The translations under genes and the position numbers were made by a program. Positions 48,970-59,809 of a stretch of DNA of 64,000 nt are shown here, in pieces. The notes under the pieces were generated by a model. The model searched no databases, was not told the DNA's origin, and saw only the letters and a list, made by a program, of their open reading frames with translations. Every line of letters begins with the position of its first letter. Position 1 is the stretch's first letter. The stretch lies in NCBI GenBank assembly GCA_048938855.1, contig JBHLLT010000003.1:130800-194799 (forward strand), in the 5' to 3' direction. Source of the stretch: Promethearchaeota archaeon. GTDB taxonomy: Archaea; Asgardarchaeota; Lokiarchaeia; Sigyniarchaeales; SOKP01.

Positions 48970-49914
48970 ATGCCCATGTATCGAATATTTAAACACGCAA
49001 AGTCAAATGGAGGGAAGTATATAATTCTTATCACAGCAATTGTTGCTATATTGTTAATAACGATTACATTTTCGATTTATCCTGTAATTCAGAACATCTC
49101 TCTTTTGATAATAATACTAAGTATTTTTATTGCAATTATCACACTATTTTTATTATTATTGTATTCATACTACGAGAGTGAATACATAATTTCGAGTGAA
49201 TATCTTTTAATTAAATGGGGAATTAAAACTACAAGAATTCCGATAGAAAATATTAAGAGAGTAATTAAACCTGAAGGGAAGGAATATGAAGGTATTAGAT
49301 TGGGTGGAGTAGGGATTCCAGGATACTTATTTGGAAAATTCAAATACCTAATCGAAGGAGATTTTAAAACCGTCTCATTGTATGCCACAAAATTAAGTCA
49401 TCTTTTATTTATTGAAACAGATGGACAAAAAAGAAAATTTTATGGAATAACCCCAAGTGAAGAAGATGAGTTTATAGCAACTCTTAATAATTTGAATAGA
49501 AATATTGAGCCTCAAATTGAAGAGAAACTAACAACTTTTAAAGTCACTAAAACTTCGTCGAAAGACATTAAATACGCCCTAACTTTATTTATAATCTCAA
49601 TTGTTCTTTCAATTTCAGGCCTGGTTTATTTCTTAGTTATCTACTTTCAATTACCACAAACAGTTCCGCTTCATTTCAATATTAATTTTGAACCGAATAG
49701 ATATGGAAATAAAATCGATCTAATTGGAATAATTTCATTTTTAATGGTTTTCGGAATTGGGCTTAGTTCACTGTTTTATTATTATATCCATCGAAGGACT
49801 CATTTAGACCAGACTAAATATGGTTATAGTGTAATGTTAATACCCGTAGCAATTAGTATATTATTCTTGATTTTGACAATTGTTTTAATGAACCTGGTTT
49901 TAGCCTTTGTTTGA
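48970..49914 (+). CDS. Membrane protein with bacterial PH domain and DUF1648-like domain
   Basis: 2 TM + GIRLGGVGIPGYLFGKF...YGITP; LPQTVPLHFNINFEPNRYG + 3 TM. Confidence 0.75.
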   Translation: MPMYRIFKHAKSNGGKYIILITAIVAILLITITFSIYPVIQNISLLIIILSIFIAIITLFLLLLYSYYESEYIISSEYLLIKWGIKTTRIPIENIKRVIKPEGKEYEGIRLGGVGIPGYLFGKFKYLIEGDFKTVSLYATKLSHLLFIETDGQKRKFYGITPSEEDEFIATLNNLNRNIEPQIEEKLTTFKVTKTSSKDIKYALTLFIISIVLSISGLVYFLVIYFQLPQTVPLHFNINFEPNRYGNKIDLIGIISFLMVFGIGLSSLFYYYIHRRTHLDQTKYGYSVMLIPVAISILFLILTIVLMNLVLAFV

Positions 49915-49950
49915 AAATTTTTTGGAGTTATAATTCTTCTACTCTTAAAT

Positions 49951-51318
49951 TTAAAACTCAAATCCATTTTGCGTTACTACATTTCGATACCAAAGAGCAC
50001 TTTTCTTCCACATTCTTTCTTGTGTCTTATAATCAACCCTAATTAATCCAAAACGTTTAGAGTATCCTTCTGTCCACTCAAAATTATCCAATAATGACCA
50101 TATAAAATACCCTTTTAAGTTCACACCCTCATTTATGGCTCTATTAGCAGCTGCTAAATAACGTTGGAGATAACTCAGACGATCGTCATCTTGGACTACA
50201 TTATCAACAATATTTTCATCTTTGCACGCCATCCCATTTTCGGTAATGTAAGTAAGAGGATGATTATAATCTTTATCCACTCGTTTTAGAAGATCGTAAA
50301 AGCCCTCTGGACATACTTCCGTTCCCATATCTGAAACTTCAACACTCTTTTCTGGTTTTTTTGGTAATAATAATTTATAAAAATCTGAAGTTTTGTTGAT
50401 TGGTCTGTTTAAGTTTGCACGAGTACAACCATAATTATTAATACCCAAAAAATCTAAAGGATATTGCTTAAGTAATTGTAAATCCTCAGCTGAGATTGAA
50501 GGAAAATCGAAATATTTTTCAAGAAGCGCTAAGATGTCGCTTGGATATTCAGCCTTTAAGACAGGATCTAAGTACCAACGATTTAAGAGTCCATCAAGGA
50601 TAATAGCAGCTTCTTTATCTAATGATGAGTTTGTTTTAGGATATACAGGATCTAAATTAAGAGTTATACCAATTAGTCCATTAGAATTATCTGAATCACG
50701 ATATGCCTTTATTGCTTTTGCATGTGCAACATTGATTAAATGAGTTGAACGAAAACCTGCTACAATATCTCTCTTATCATAAAGTCCGAGAAAATTCAAC
50801 CATATAGCAAAAACAATTGGCTCGTTAAATGTAATCCATTTTTTAACACGATCTCCATAATGATCAAACATAAATTTCGCATAATCCGCAAACGCATCTA
50901 CAACCTCTTGGCTTTCCCATGCCCCGATTTTATTCAATTCAAGAGGTAAATCCCAATGATAAAGTGTAACAAATGGTTCTATATCGTTTGAAATTAACTC
51001 GTTTATTAAATTATCATAAAATTCGACACCTTTAGGATTAACTTTTCCTTTACCTTTTGGGAAAATACGAGGCCAAGATATTGAAAATCGATAAGCTTGA
51101 AGGTTCATTTCTTTTATCAATTGAACATCTTCCTTATATCGATGGTAATGATCGCAAGCAACATCTCCTGTATCACCATCATGAATTACTTTCTTTGTGT
51201 GACATATAGTATCCCAAACACTTTCTCCCTTACCATCCTCATTCCATGCACCCTCAATCTGATAACTGGAAGTGGCAGCACCCCAAACAAATCCCTTTGG
51301 AAATGTAATTTCTCTCAT
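49951..51318 (-). CDS. GH1 beta-glucosidase
   Basis: WGAATSSYQIEG, YRFSISWPR, TFNEP, ITENG, WSLLDNFEW. Confidence 0.96.
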   Translation of the reverse strand: MREITFPKGFVWGAATSSYQIEGAWNEDGKGESVWDTICHTKKVIHDGDTGDVACDHYHRYKEDVQLIKEMNLQAYRFSISWPRIFPKGKGKVNPKGVEFYDNLINELISNDIEPFVTLYHWDLPLELNKIGAWESQEVVDAFADYAKFMFDHYGDRVKKWITFNEPIVFAIWLNFLGLYDKRDIVAGFRSTHLINVAHAKAIKAYRDSDNSNGLIGITLNLDPVYPKTNSSLDKEAAIILDGLLNRWYLDPVLKAEYPSDILALLEKYFDFPSISAEDLQLLKQYPLDFLGINNYGCTRANLNRPINKTSDFYKLLLPKKPEKSVEVSDMGTEVCPEGFYDLLKRVDKDYNHPLTYITENGMACKDENIVDNVVQDDDRLSYLQRYLAAANRAINEGVNLKGYFIWSLLDNFEWTEGYSKRFGLIRVDYKTQERMWKKSALWYRNVVTQNGFEF

Positions 51319-51437
51319 TTTAATTCTTCATCTAAATTTTAATTTAATATCAGGTTTTTTTTTTGAATATCTTACTTTGTATCTTTAAAATCTTATATTG
51401 ATTCTAAAGAAATAATTGGATTGATTTTAATATTATC

Positions 51438-52247
51438 TTAAATCTTGTTTACATAGTCAAGAAAGGCTTTTACAACCATATGAAATTTGGGATCTGAGAC
51501 TACAGTAATATGGTCTTTTCCTTCGATTTGGATATCACAAGAACCTGGTACTAATTGCGCTCCTGTGGATTTAACTCTTTTAAGTATCTCATCATCTGTT
51601 CCGAAAACTGTCATAACTGGGACATTGACTTTTTTAAGAGCTTCTTTTCTTTCGGGATTAGTTGGGAGTAAACCATTGCCTTGAATATATCCCTCCAAAA
51701 CATAAACTAAGGCTTCAAGATCTTGTAAGTGGGAATCAGCAAATTCTGAAATTACTTTTCGGAATCTTAAAGCAGCTTTATTTTTAATATCATCAAGATT
51801 TGCATTTTTTAAACTCTTTATCCATTTTTTCATCACTACTCTAGTAATAAATTTTGTTCCTTTTCCCGGATAATAGAGTGGGAATCCTCCAATAATAGCA
51901 CTTATAAAGCGTTTTTGTTTTTGAAGCAAGATATCTGTAGTTATTCTTGCCCCCATAGAATACCCGAAAAAATTGGCTTTCTCAATGGATAAATAATCAA
52001 GTAATTTAACGATATCATCATTTATCTTTTCTCCATACTGAGTAGCGTCTTTAGGTTTATCACTTTTCCCGTGCCCACGACAATCTACTAGTATCAGTTT
52101 ATAATCATCCTTTAGAACATCTACCCAATTAGTAGCTTTCCAATTAGCTTCGATATTTGCGGCAAACCCATGAATCATTATCACAGGTGGCCCTTCTCCT
52201 TCAATTTCATAATATATTTTAACTCCTTCATTATCAAAAAATGGCAT
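51438..52247 (-). CDS. Alpha/beta hydrolase
   Basis: IHGF, DCRGHGKS, GYSMG, GTDD, KDH. Confidence 0.9.
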   Translation of the reverse strand: MPFFDNEGVKIYYEIEGEGPPVIMIHGFAANIEANWKATNWVDVLKDDYKLILVDCRGHGKSDKPKDATQYGEKINDDIVKLLDYLSIEKANFFGYSMGARITTDILLQKQKRFISAIIGGFPLYYPGKGTKFITRVVMKKWIKSLKNANLDDIKNKAALRFRKVISEFADSHLQDLEALVYVLEGYIQGNGLLPTNPERKEALKKVNVPVMTVFGTDDEILKRVKSTGAQLVPGSCDIQIEGKDHITVVSDPKFHMVVKAFLDYVNKI

Positions 52248-52444
52248 TTTTATTAATCCTCACAAATTTTTTGATTAAACATTTATATTATTTTTATTTT
52301 CATGCACTATTCTATGTTTTATTATATTTAAAAGACTTTAGCTTGAATTTTCAATTTTTAACAATGATTTTAGCAATGATGTTTGAGATTTGTATTTTCT
52401 CAAGAGCTAAAATTAATACTTATTAATCTACAAGAAGGAGAAAA

Positions 52445-52831
52445 TTAAATTATGCCTAGTTGTTTTTTATAAAAGTTGATTGCCTTTCCAATTGCGTCTT
52501 CCAAGATTGGTTCTTGTTCTTGACTAATTAAAATTCTTGTAAGTTCTTCTTTTAGCATTGTAAATATCTCTTGAATTGCTCCCATTCTTTCAGCAAGACT
52601 TACATCCTTTCTTTTACCTTCTTCAGCAAAGTCTATATGATATTTCTTTTGTATATTTACTAATACTCGCCATAAAAATCCCATCAATGCTCTTTCTGAA
52701 ATTGGAAGATACTGGCTGAGAATTTGTGCAAAAGAAGTTATTTTCTCTCTTTGCTCAGCGTTTATATGTACGGTTTGATAATATTCTTCTGCCTGCTCGA
52801 TCGAAGAAGATTTAAATATTGTTTTACTCAT
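52445..52831 (-). CDS. Hypothetical helical protein
   Basis: 128 aa ORF with protein-like composition filling the gap; no recognised motif. Confidence 0.6.
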   Translation of the reverse strand: MSKTIFKSSSIEQAEEYYQTVHINAEQREKITSFAQILSQYLPISERALMGFLWRVLVNIQKKYHIDFAEEGKRKDVSLAERMGAIQEIFTMLKEELTRILISQEQEPILEDAIGKAINFYKKQLGII

Positions 52832-53054
52832 ATTTGGACAATATTAGAATGTCTTATTAAATATTTTGAAACCAAAAGATATATATTAGAGAACTCAAAA
52901 TTAGTGTGTAATAGTTGCTGAACCTCATCTTAAGAATTTTTGAAAATATCCAACTTTTTCTGATTTTTTTTTAAATATATCTTAAGCTTGAATTTTCAAG
53001 TTATAGATTTATTAATAAAAAGAGAATTATTTATGTTATGCTAGTCCACAATTA

Positions 53055-54020
53055 TTATGATTTAAAATAAGGTGACATTCTAAGCAAAACTAATTTCGCA
53101 AGGGGAGAGATAATTTTTATACCTAATCTTCTCATTCGAAAATCCTTTTTCATTTTGTTAACATACTGCTGAAATGTCGTGGTTTGGAATTGTAGGACTT
53201 CTTGGGATTCTTTAGTGTCTATCCAATCAATATAAAACCAATCTTTATTCTTTTTTGCCACTTTGAAAGCCTGGTCTGGAAGCATTTTTAGTCCAAAAGC
53301 ATCGAAGAATCCAATTAAAAAATCTCTTTCTAAAAGTTGACAATCCTCACCACCTCCAATGAGAAATATATTATTAATTTCGTCAATTGTTACAGCGTTT
53401 GCAAATGCAATTCCACAATCATTTGATGAAATAAATTCAATACGTTGGTCAAGTGGCATTTCGAATAAAAGAGAGTCAAATTTACGAGGAATTTTTTCGA
53501 CAGATACAGCGGCTAGTCGCAATATTATCCAAGGAAGTCCACTTTCTTTTACCATATTTTCACATTCTACTTTTGTACGTGAATAATTATCAGAAGGATT
53601 TAAGGGACTATCGGCTCTTACGGGAGGTTTTAAATGAATTGTTATTCCATGAACACTCACAGAACTTGCTAATATGAACCTTGGCTTATTTGGTAATGTT
53701 TTTGCAACCTCAATTAGATTTCGAGTTCCTTCAATATTTACTCTTTGGGCTAGTTCTGGATTTTTTTCGCTTAAAGGTGGGATAATAGCTGCAAGATGAA
53801 TGATGCACTCGATTCCCTTAATGGCTTTATTCAAATCCTTTTTATTAAGAATGTTACCCCAGATTGTTTTAAATCTTAACTTTTTTGACAATTTAGAGTA
53901 TATTTTTTTATTAGGGGAATTTGGTAAATCAAAACAGGTTACATCATGCTCACGGATTATTAATTGCTTCAAAGTATTCTGGCCTACATTACCAAATGCT
54001 CCAGTTAATAAAACTTTCAA
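53055..54020 (-). CDS. NAD-dependent epimerase/dehydratase (extended SDR, 3-beta-HSD-like)
   Basis: TGAFGNVG, IHLAAIIPP, YSRTK; probable TTG start at 54020 behind an AGGTG RBS (the track extends to 54032). Confidence 0.88.
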   Translation of the reverse strand: MKVLLTGAFGNVGQNTLKQLIIREHDVTCFDLPNSPNKKIYSKLSKKLRFKTIWGNILNKKDLNKAIKGIECIIHLAAIIPPLSEKNPELAQRVNIEGTRNLIEVAKTLPNKPRFILASSVSVHGITIHLKPPVRADSPLNPSDNYSRTKVECENMVKESGLPWIILRLAAVSVEKIPRKFDSLLFEMPLDQRIEFISSNDCGIAFANAVTIDEINNIFLIGGGEDCQLLERDFLIGFFDAFGLKMLPDQAFKVAKKNKDWFYIDWIDTKESQEVLQFQTTTFQQYVNKMKKDFRMRRLGIKIISPLAKLVLLRMSPYFKS

Positions 54021-54802
54021 TTTAATTAACACCTGTGTTTTTAAACAAATCTCATTTTGGAATATATGTAAGAGTCCGATATATCCATATTCTATATATA
54101 CAAATTCTGATATATAAATTATTGCTTTCTAAAAAAAATATCAATAAATATTATTAACCCTCTTCTAATTGAATTAGGAAAAAAAAATATTTAGATCATT
54201 CTAAAATCTTACTGTGAGTTTCTATCACATTTTCTTTTATTGATTTTGATGTCATTTTTTTTATTATTTTTATAATCATTGTATAAGATGCTAAGCTGGT
54301 GATTTCTATTTCAACAAAAACACCCCTAATAGACTCTTTATCTCTGCATATTGTCTAATATATCCCTTTCTGGATCAAAAATAGATATTTATAAAAATTA
54401 GATGTTTTTTTAGTTTTTACTGAGTTATGAGAGGAAAAGGTAAAAATTTGTAAATAATTTGTAATAAATCAGCTTTAATAGATAAAATTCTATCATTTAT
54501 TATACATGAGATTAAATTATAAAATCAAAATTTAATCAATATGGAAAGGATAAATGCTAGAAAATCAAATATTCAATCCGACAAAACCAAGTGGGTGAAT
54601 ATATCTAACTTTAAAGTTCATTCTTTAAAACTTTCGTTTAAAATGATAATATAGGAAAAATTTCCCATCAAAACACTAAAATAGTTTACTTCCTTTTTGG
54701 ACATCATAATTCGATTTCAATAAGTTCAAATATGATGGAATATTTTAAAAATCATAATTTATTTTAAAATTAAACTAAAAATTTGGATATAATATATGAA
54801 CA

Positions 54803-57280
54803 GTGATTCACACGTACTCAGAAACTATGTCATCAGAAGTTTCTGATGAAGATGCATATAAGATTTTAGATAGTTTGTCAACTAGTAGAAATGGACTTAC
54901 AACTTCAGAAGCTACTGAAAAACTTAAAAAGTATGGCCCAAATGAAATCCCTGAGAAAAAGAAAAACCCTTTTATTAATTTATTGAAAAATTTTTGGGGT
55001 CCTATCCCATGGATGATAGAAGCAGCAGTTATTATGTCTGCTATTGATCAGCAATGGGATGATTTTTGGATAATCTTTTCTTTGTTAATGATAAATGCTG
55101 TTATTAGATTTTGGGAAGAAAGAAAAGCTGATAACGCTATTGAGTTATTAAAGCAACGGTTAGCAATAAATGCCCGCGTCTTACGTGATAAAAAATGGAT
55201 CATATTACCAGCACGAGAACTCGTTATAGGAGATATTATTCGGTTACGCCTTGGAGATATAGTACCTGCTGATGTAAGGCTTATTTCCGGTGATTTTCTT
55301 GTCGTTGATGAATCTGTGTTAACTGGTGAATCTTTACCCGTTGAAAAACATTTCATGGATGAAGAATATGCAGGAGCCATTATTAAGCAAGGAGAAATGG
55401 ATGCAGTGGTTACAAAAACGGGAATTCAAACATTTTTTGGTAAAACTACAAAATTAGTTGGAGAGGCTAAAACTAAAAGTCATTTTCAAAAGGCAATTTT
55501 AAAAATTGGGAATTATTTAATTACTCTTGCTATTATTATCGTTCTTGTTACTTTTATTATTGCAACAATACGGCATGAAAGTATATTACAAACATTACAA
55601 TTTGCATTAATTTTAACCGTGTCTGGTATTCCTGCAGCATTACCTGCTGTTTTATCAGTGACAATGGCAATTGGAGCCATAGCATTAGCAAAAAAAGAGG
55701 CAATTGTAAGCAAGTTAGTAGCTATAGAAGAACTAGCTAGCACAGATATATTATGTTCTGATAAAACAGGTACAATAACTAAAAATGAACTGACAATAAG
55801 AGAGATCGTACCATTTTCAGATTTCACAAATAATGATGTATTATTATATGCAACATTAGCCTCAAAAGAAGAAAATCAAGACCCAATTGATAATGTAATT
55901 ATTAATGAACTATGGAAATCAGTATCGCAAAATATTGTTTCAGAAAATTATAAGGTTACTGCATATAAACCATTTGATCCCATAATAAAACGTACTGAAG
56001 CTACAGTAGAAACAATATGCAATTTACCAAACAATCATAAAATTCAAGATTATAATTGTTTCAAAGTGGCAAAAGGAGCACCTCAAGTTATCTTATCTTT
56101 AATTAAAGAAATAAATGATGTTAATAATGTTAATAAATATGTTGAAATATTTGCTACAAAAGGATATCGTGCGTTAGGTGTGGCTAAAACTGATTTAGAA
56201 GAAAAATGGCAACTTGTAGGGCTAATTGCTCTTTACGATCCTCCACGAGAAGATTCTGCTGAAACGATAAAGAGCGCTCAATCTATGGGTATTCAAGTTA
56301 AAATGATAACTGGTGATCATGTTGCTATTGCTAAAGAGACAGCAAAGCAAGTTAATTTAGGAACAAATATTATAACTGCAGATTCTTTTTTAGAAAAAGT
56401 GAATGGTGAGGCTCAATCTATTGTAGAAGAAGCAGATGGATTCGCACAATTCTTCCCCGAACACAAATATCATATGGTTGAACTCCTGCAAGAAAGAGGA
56501 CATATAGTTGGTATGACTGGGGATGGTGTAAATGATGCTCCTGCATTAAAGAAAGCAGATGTTGGAATTGCTGTAGCAGGCGCTACAGATGCAGCAAAAT
56601 CTGCAGCAGATATTGTTCTTACAAAACCTGGAATTTCTGTAACAATTGATGCTATAAAAGAAAGTCGGAAAATTTTTCAGAGGATGACTAATTATAGTAT
56701 ATACAGAATCGCGGAGACTATTAGAATTTTATTCTTTATCGCTCTCTCAATAATTGTTTTTCAATTTTATCCCGTAACTGCACTTATGATTGTATTATTA
56801 GCAATATTAAATGATATCCCTATTATGACAATATCATATGACAGAGTTAAATATCAAAATAAGCCTCAAACATGGAATATGAAATCATTACTTTTTATTG
56901 CTAGTTACCTTGGCTTTATCGGTGTTGGTTCTTCTTTTTTATTTCTCTATATAGGAATTGAGATTTTGCATTTAAGCCCTATATTATTACAATCATTTAT
57001 ATACTTAAAACTTTCTGTAGCGGGACATTTAACCATATTTGTTGCCCGAACAAGAGGTCCATTTTGGTCAATAAGGCCACCAAAAATTCTATTCTTTGCT
57101 ATAGTTATAACCCAATTAATAGCAACAATTATCACTGTTTATGGGATTCTACTTCCAGCAATAGGATGGGGACTTGCTATTTTTGTTTGGATTTATAGCA
57201 TAAGTCTATTTTTGGCTACTGACTTTTTCAAAGTACGATTATACAAGTTATATGACAGAATAAGTATGCATAAAAAATAA
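54803..57280 (+). CDS. P3A-type plasma-membrane H+-ATPase
   Basis: FWGPIPWMIEAA, LTGESLP, GIPAALPAVLSVTMA, CSDKTGT, QDPID, KGAPQV, TGDGVNDAPALK, AILND. Confidence 0.95.
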   Translation: MIHTYSETMSSEVSDEDAYKILDSLSTSRNGLTTSEATEKLKKYGPNEIPEKKKNPFINLLKNFWGPIPWMIEAAVIMSAIDQQWDDFWIIFSLLMINAVIRFWEERKADNAIELLKQRLAINARVLRDKKWIILPARELVIGDIIRLRLGDIVPADVRLISGDFLVVDESVLTGESLPVEKHFMDEEYAGAIIKQGEMDAVVTKTGIQTFFGKTTKLVGEAKTKSHFQKAILKIGNYLITLAIIIVLVTFIIATIRHESILQTLQFALILTVSGIPAALPAVLSVTMAIGAIALAKKEAIVSKLVAIEELASTDILCSDKTGTITKNELTIREIVPFSDFTNNDVLLYATLASKEENQDPIDNVIINELWKSVSQNIVSENYKVTAYKPFDPIIKRTEATVETICNLPNNHKIQDYNCFKVAKGAPQVILSLIKEINDVNNVNKYVEIFATKGYRALGVAKTDLEEKWQLVGLIALYDPPREDSAETIKSAQSMGIQVKMITGDHVAIAKETAKQVNLGTNIITADSFLEKVNGEAQSIVEEADGFAQFFPEHKYHMVELLQERGHIVGMTGDGVNDAPALKKADVGIAVAGATDAAKSAADIVLTKPGISVTIDAIKESRKIFQRMTNYSIYRIAETIRILFFIALSIIVFQFYPVTALMIVLLAILNDIPIMTISYDRVKYQNKPQTWNMKSLLFIASYLGFIGVGSSFLFLYIGIEILHLSPILLQSFIYLKLSVAGHLTIFVARTRGPFWSIRPPKILFFAIVITQLIATIITVYGILLPAIGWGLAIFVWIYSISLFLATDFFKVRLYKLYDRISMHKK

Positions 57281-57480
57281 TTAATTGAAATAAGAAATTC
57301 TTTAAAATTTTCTTTTTTTGAAATTTTTCAACTTTTTATAAAATTCAGAATTTTTTGATGAAAAAAGTGTAATCATATCAAAAAAATTCAAATTATCAGA
57401 ATTAATCTTGTCTAACAAAAAGATTTAATTGAGTGTGTTAAGATACTATATACATCTAAGATTGTATTTATATTAATAGC

Positions 57481-58521
57481 ATGTTACGTAAAGGGTCTGA
57501 ATTTCTACTAGGATTATTTTTTTCAGATGATAAAACAATAGTATATGATGATATCAAACTATCATATGAATTACCAAAAGAAACAAATCGAAAATTAAAG
57601 ACTATGGCTCTTAAATTTTTAGGACCCTTATTTATGACAAGAAATTTGTATAATCAAAAAGGGTGGAAAATTGATTATATTGAGACCTCATTAACCCCCC
57701 AAATGAGGATGGCAGTTGATGACACTCTAATGCAATCGTTTACATGTCTAAGCTCAACAAAAAAAACAGCTGAATTTATAACAAATCTTTTTAGTTTTAT
57801 AGGGTCTCCATACACAGAAGACTTAGCAATGATTTACGAGAGATTAGATAAATATATCCATCCAAGTATTATCCAAGGGAAATTTATTTCTCAAACGATT
57901 CAGGGTGCTAACTTTAAATTTGATTCATTTATTGAGGATGAATTAAGAAGAGGAATTGATTTAATTGAACATACGCTAGGTTCTCCCAGAAAAATTTATT
58001 GGGAAAAGAAACTCTCTTATTCTGTTGTAGGTGTAATCAAACGGACTAAACAAAATAGGATATATGAGTCTGATCTCTATGCATTTGATATAGATGATGT
58101 TTTACGAAAAGAAGCATTAGAACATATCCCTTCATATTATTTTATGGGTATTTTACCTGACTATTATGAACAAATGATGAATGATACATTAAGTTTATTT
58201 GGAAAGAATGGGCTAAATAGTAATATCATTAAAATAAAGATTAGTAATCCAGAAAAAGTCGTGTTATATATCGAAGAATTCATGACAGAGGCTAATAATA
58301 AAACGAGTTATGGACTAATATTAATACCTAGTAATGAAAAAATAAAGGAAGCAAGAGATTTATCTTTCTATAAAAAAAATTTAAGATATGTATTAAATAA
58401 AAATAAAGCGTTTGAAAGCGCTGTTATTGAATTGAATTCTAGAATAAATCCATTCGAGAGTTGGAATTTAAATTCTGATGAATCTCTCAAAAATGTTGAG
58501 AGATACCTTGATAGTAAATAA
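57481..58521 (+). CDS. Hypothetical protein (alpha/beta, lineage-specific)
   Basis: 346 aa ORF; no recognised motif. Confidence 0.65.
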   Translation: MLRKGSEFLLGLFFSDDKTIVYDDIKLSYELPKETNRKLKTMALKFLGPLFMTRNLYNQKGWKIDYIETSLTPQMRMAVDDTLMQSFTCLSSTKKTAEFITNLFSFIGSPYTEDLAMIYERLDKYIHPSIIQGKFISQTIQGANFKFDSFIEDELRRGIDLIEHTLGSPRKIYWEKKLSYSVVGVIKRTKQNRIYESDLYAFDIDDVLRKEALEHIPSYYFMGILPDYYEQMMNDTLSLFGKNGLNSNIIKIKISNPEKVVLYIEEFMTEANNKTSYGLILIPSNEKIKEARDLSFYKKNLRYVLNKNKAFESAVIELNSRINPFESWNLNSDESLKNVERYLDSK

Positions 58522-58553
58522 TAAAAATAAATTTTAAATGGTTATAAAGAAAG

Positions 58554-59561
58554 ATGGAAGATATACTCTTCAATAAACTATATAGAATTGATAAAGAACG
58601 ATTACTTTCGAATTTTCAACGAATTCAAAATATGAATAAAGATTTGAGTTTAAAGAAAATTATAGCCAAATTTCTAGAAAATCAATCGATTGGAACCCAA
58701 AATGATCAAATTTTAGATATATTAAAATATTTTCAGAAAAAACTCGCAAATGATAAGAAATTATTAGATTTAGCATTTGAATGGATAAGGGCTAATAAAA
58801 TCCGGCTTGAATATAAGAAATATATTACTTTAAATGAATATAAATCATACAATACCGCATTAGATGATACTATTTTCCTATTCTTTTTGAAATACGATAA
58901 ATATTTAAGAAGCTTATTTAAGTCAGATCTGGAGGAATATGAATTTAGCACACTATATCAAATCATTTTCAATTTAAAACAATCAAAATCCATTAATTTA
59001 ACAGAATTACTGGAAAAAAATAAAGTAGAAGTTCCATCTATTCTAATTCATGGAGAAAAACTTAACACTACCATTTATACTCTTAGAGAAGGATTATCAG
59101 AAATGATAAAAAGTGACTATAATGAAGGATTGCCATCAGATATAAAAATCATTGATTACGGAAAGAAAGGGGCAGTTGAAGAAGTCATTGATCGAGATTT
59201 TGATGGAACAATGGTTGAAAGATTAATAAAATTTTATTGTTTCCAAAGAAGGACTATTGATAAAAAAGAATTTACAATGGCGATTAACCAATTTTTATCA
59301 TCTTATTTTCAATTTGGTATTTTTTATGATTTTATTGAATTTAAGGAAAAATTAATTTCTGGCTTTGTAGATTATATCTATTCCGGATTAACTGAGAATT
59401 ATACAGATCGATCGATTGAGAGCTTAAAGAATGAATTTTCCGTAGAAATAGATGAATTTGAAAAAAATCTTGAGCATCCTAGATTAAAAGGTAAAGCTTG
59501 GATTGAAGATTTAAAACCTATCTTACAAAATTTTATTGAGAAATTTGTAAATTGTTTATAG
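58554..59561 (+). CDS. Hypothetical helical protein
   Basis: 335 aa ORF starting 32 bp after the previous gene; no recognised motif. Confidence 0.65.
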   Translation: MEDILFNKLYRIDKERLLSNFQRIQNMNKDLSLKKIIAKFLENQSIGTQNDQILDILKYFQKKLANDKKLLDLAFEWIRANKIRLEYKKYITLNEYKSYNTALDDTIFLFFLKYDKYLRSLFKSDLEEYEFSTLYQIIFNLKQSKSINLTELLEKNKVEVPSILIHGEKLNTTIYTLREGLSEMIKSDYNEGLPSDIKIIDYGKKGAVEEVIDRDFDGTMVERLIKFYCFQRRTIDKKEFTMAINQFLSSYFQFGIFYDFIEFKEKLISGFVDYIYSGLTENYTDRSIESLKNEFSVEIDEFEKNLEHPRLKGKAWIEDLKPILQNFIEKFVNCL

Positions 59562-59809
59562 GATTTGTAGCTTTATAATAATTTCTAATAATACTAATTA
59601 ATTTTGAAAGAAAGCTCTCTTCGATTTAATTTTTTTCAAACATAGTATTTAGAATTAGAATAAATAGAAGATTAGAAGATTCTTTTGGTAGAAATAAATA
59701 CCTTTAAAAAAATTTTTATTTGATTATTTAAATTAAATTGCTTTTTCAATCGCTAGTAAAATCCTTAGCAATACAAATTAATTAATAATTTGTATTAATT
59801 ACACATAAT

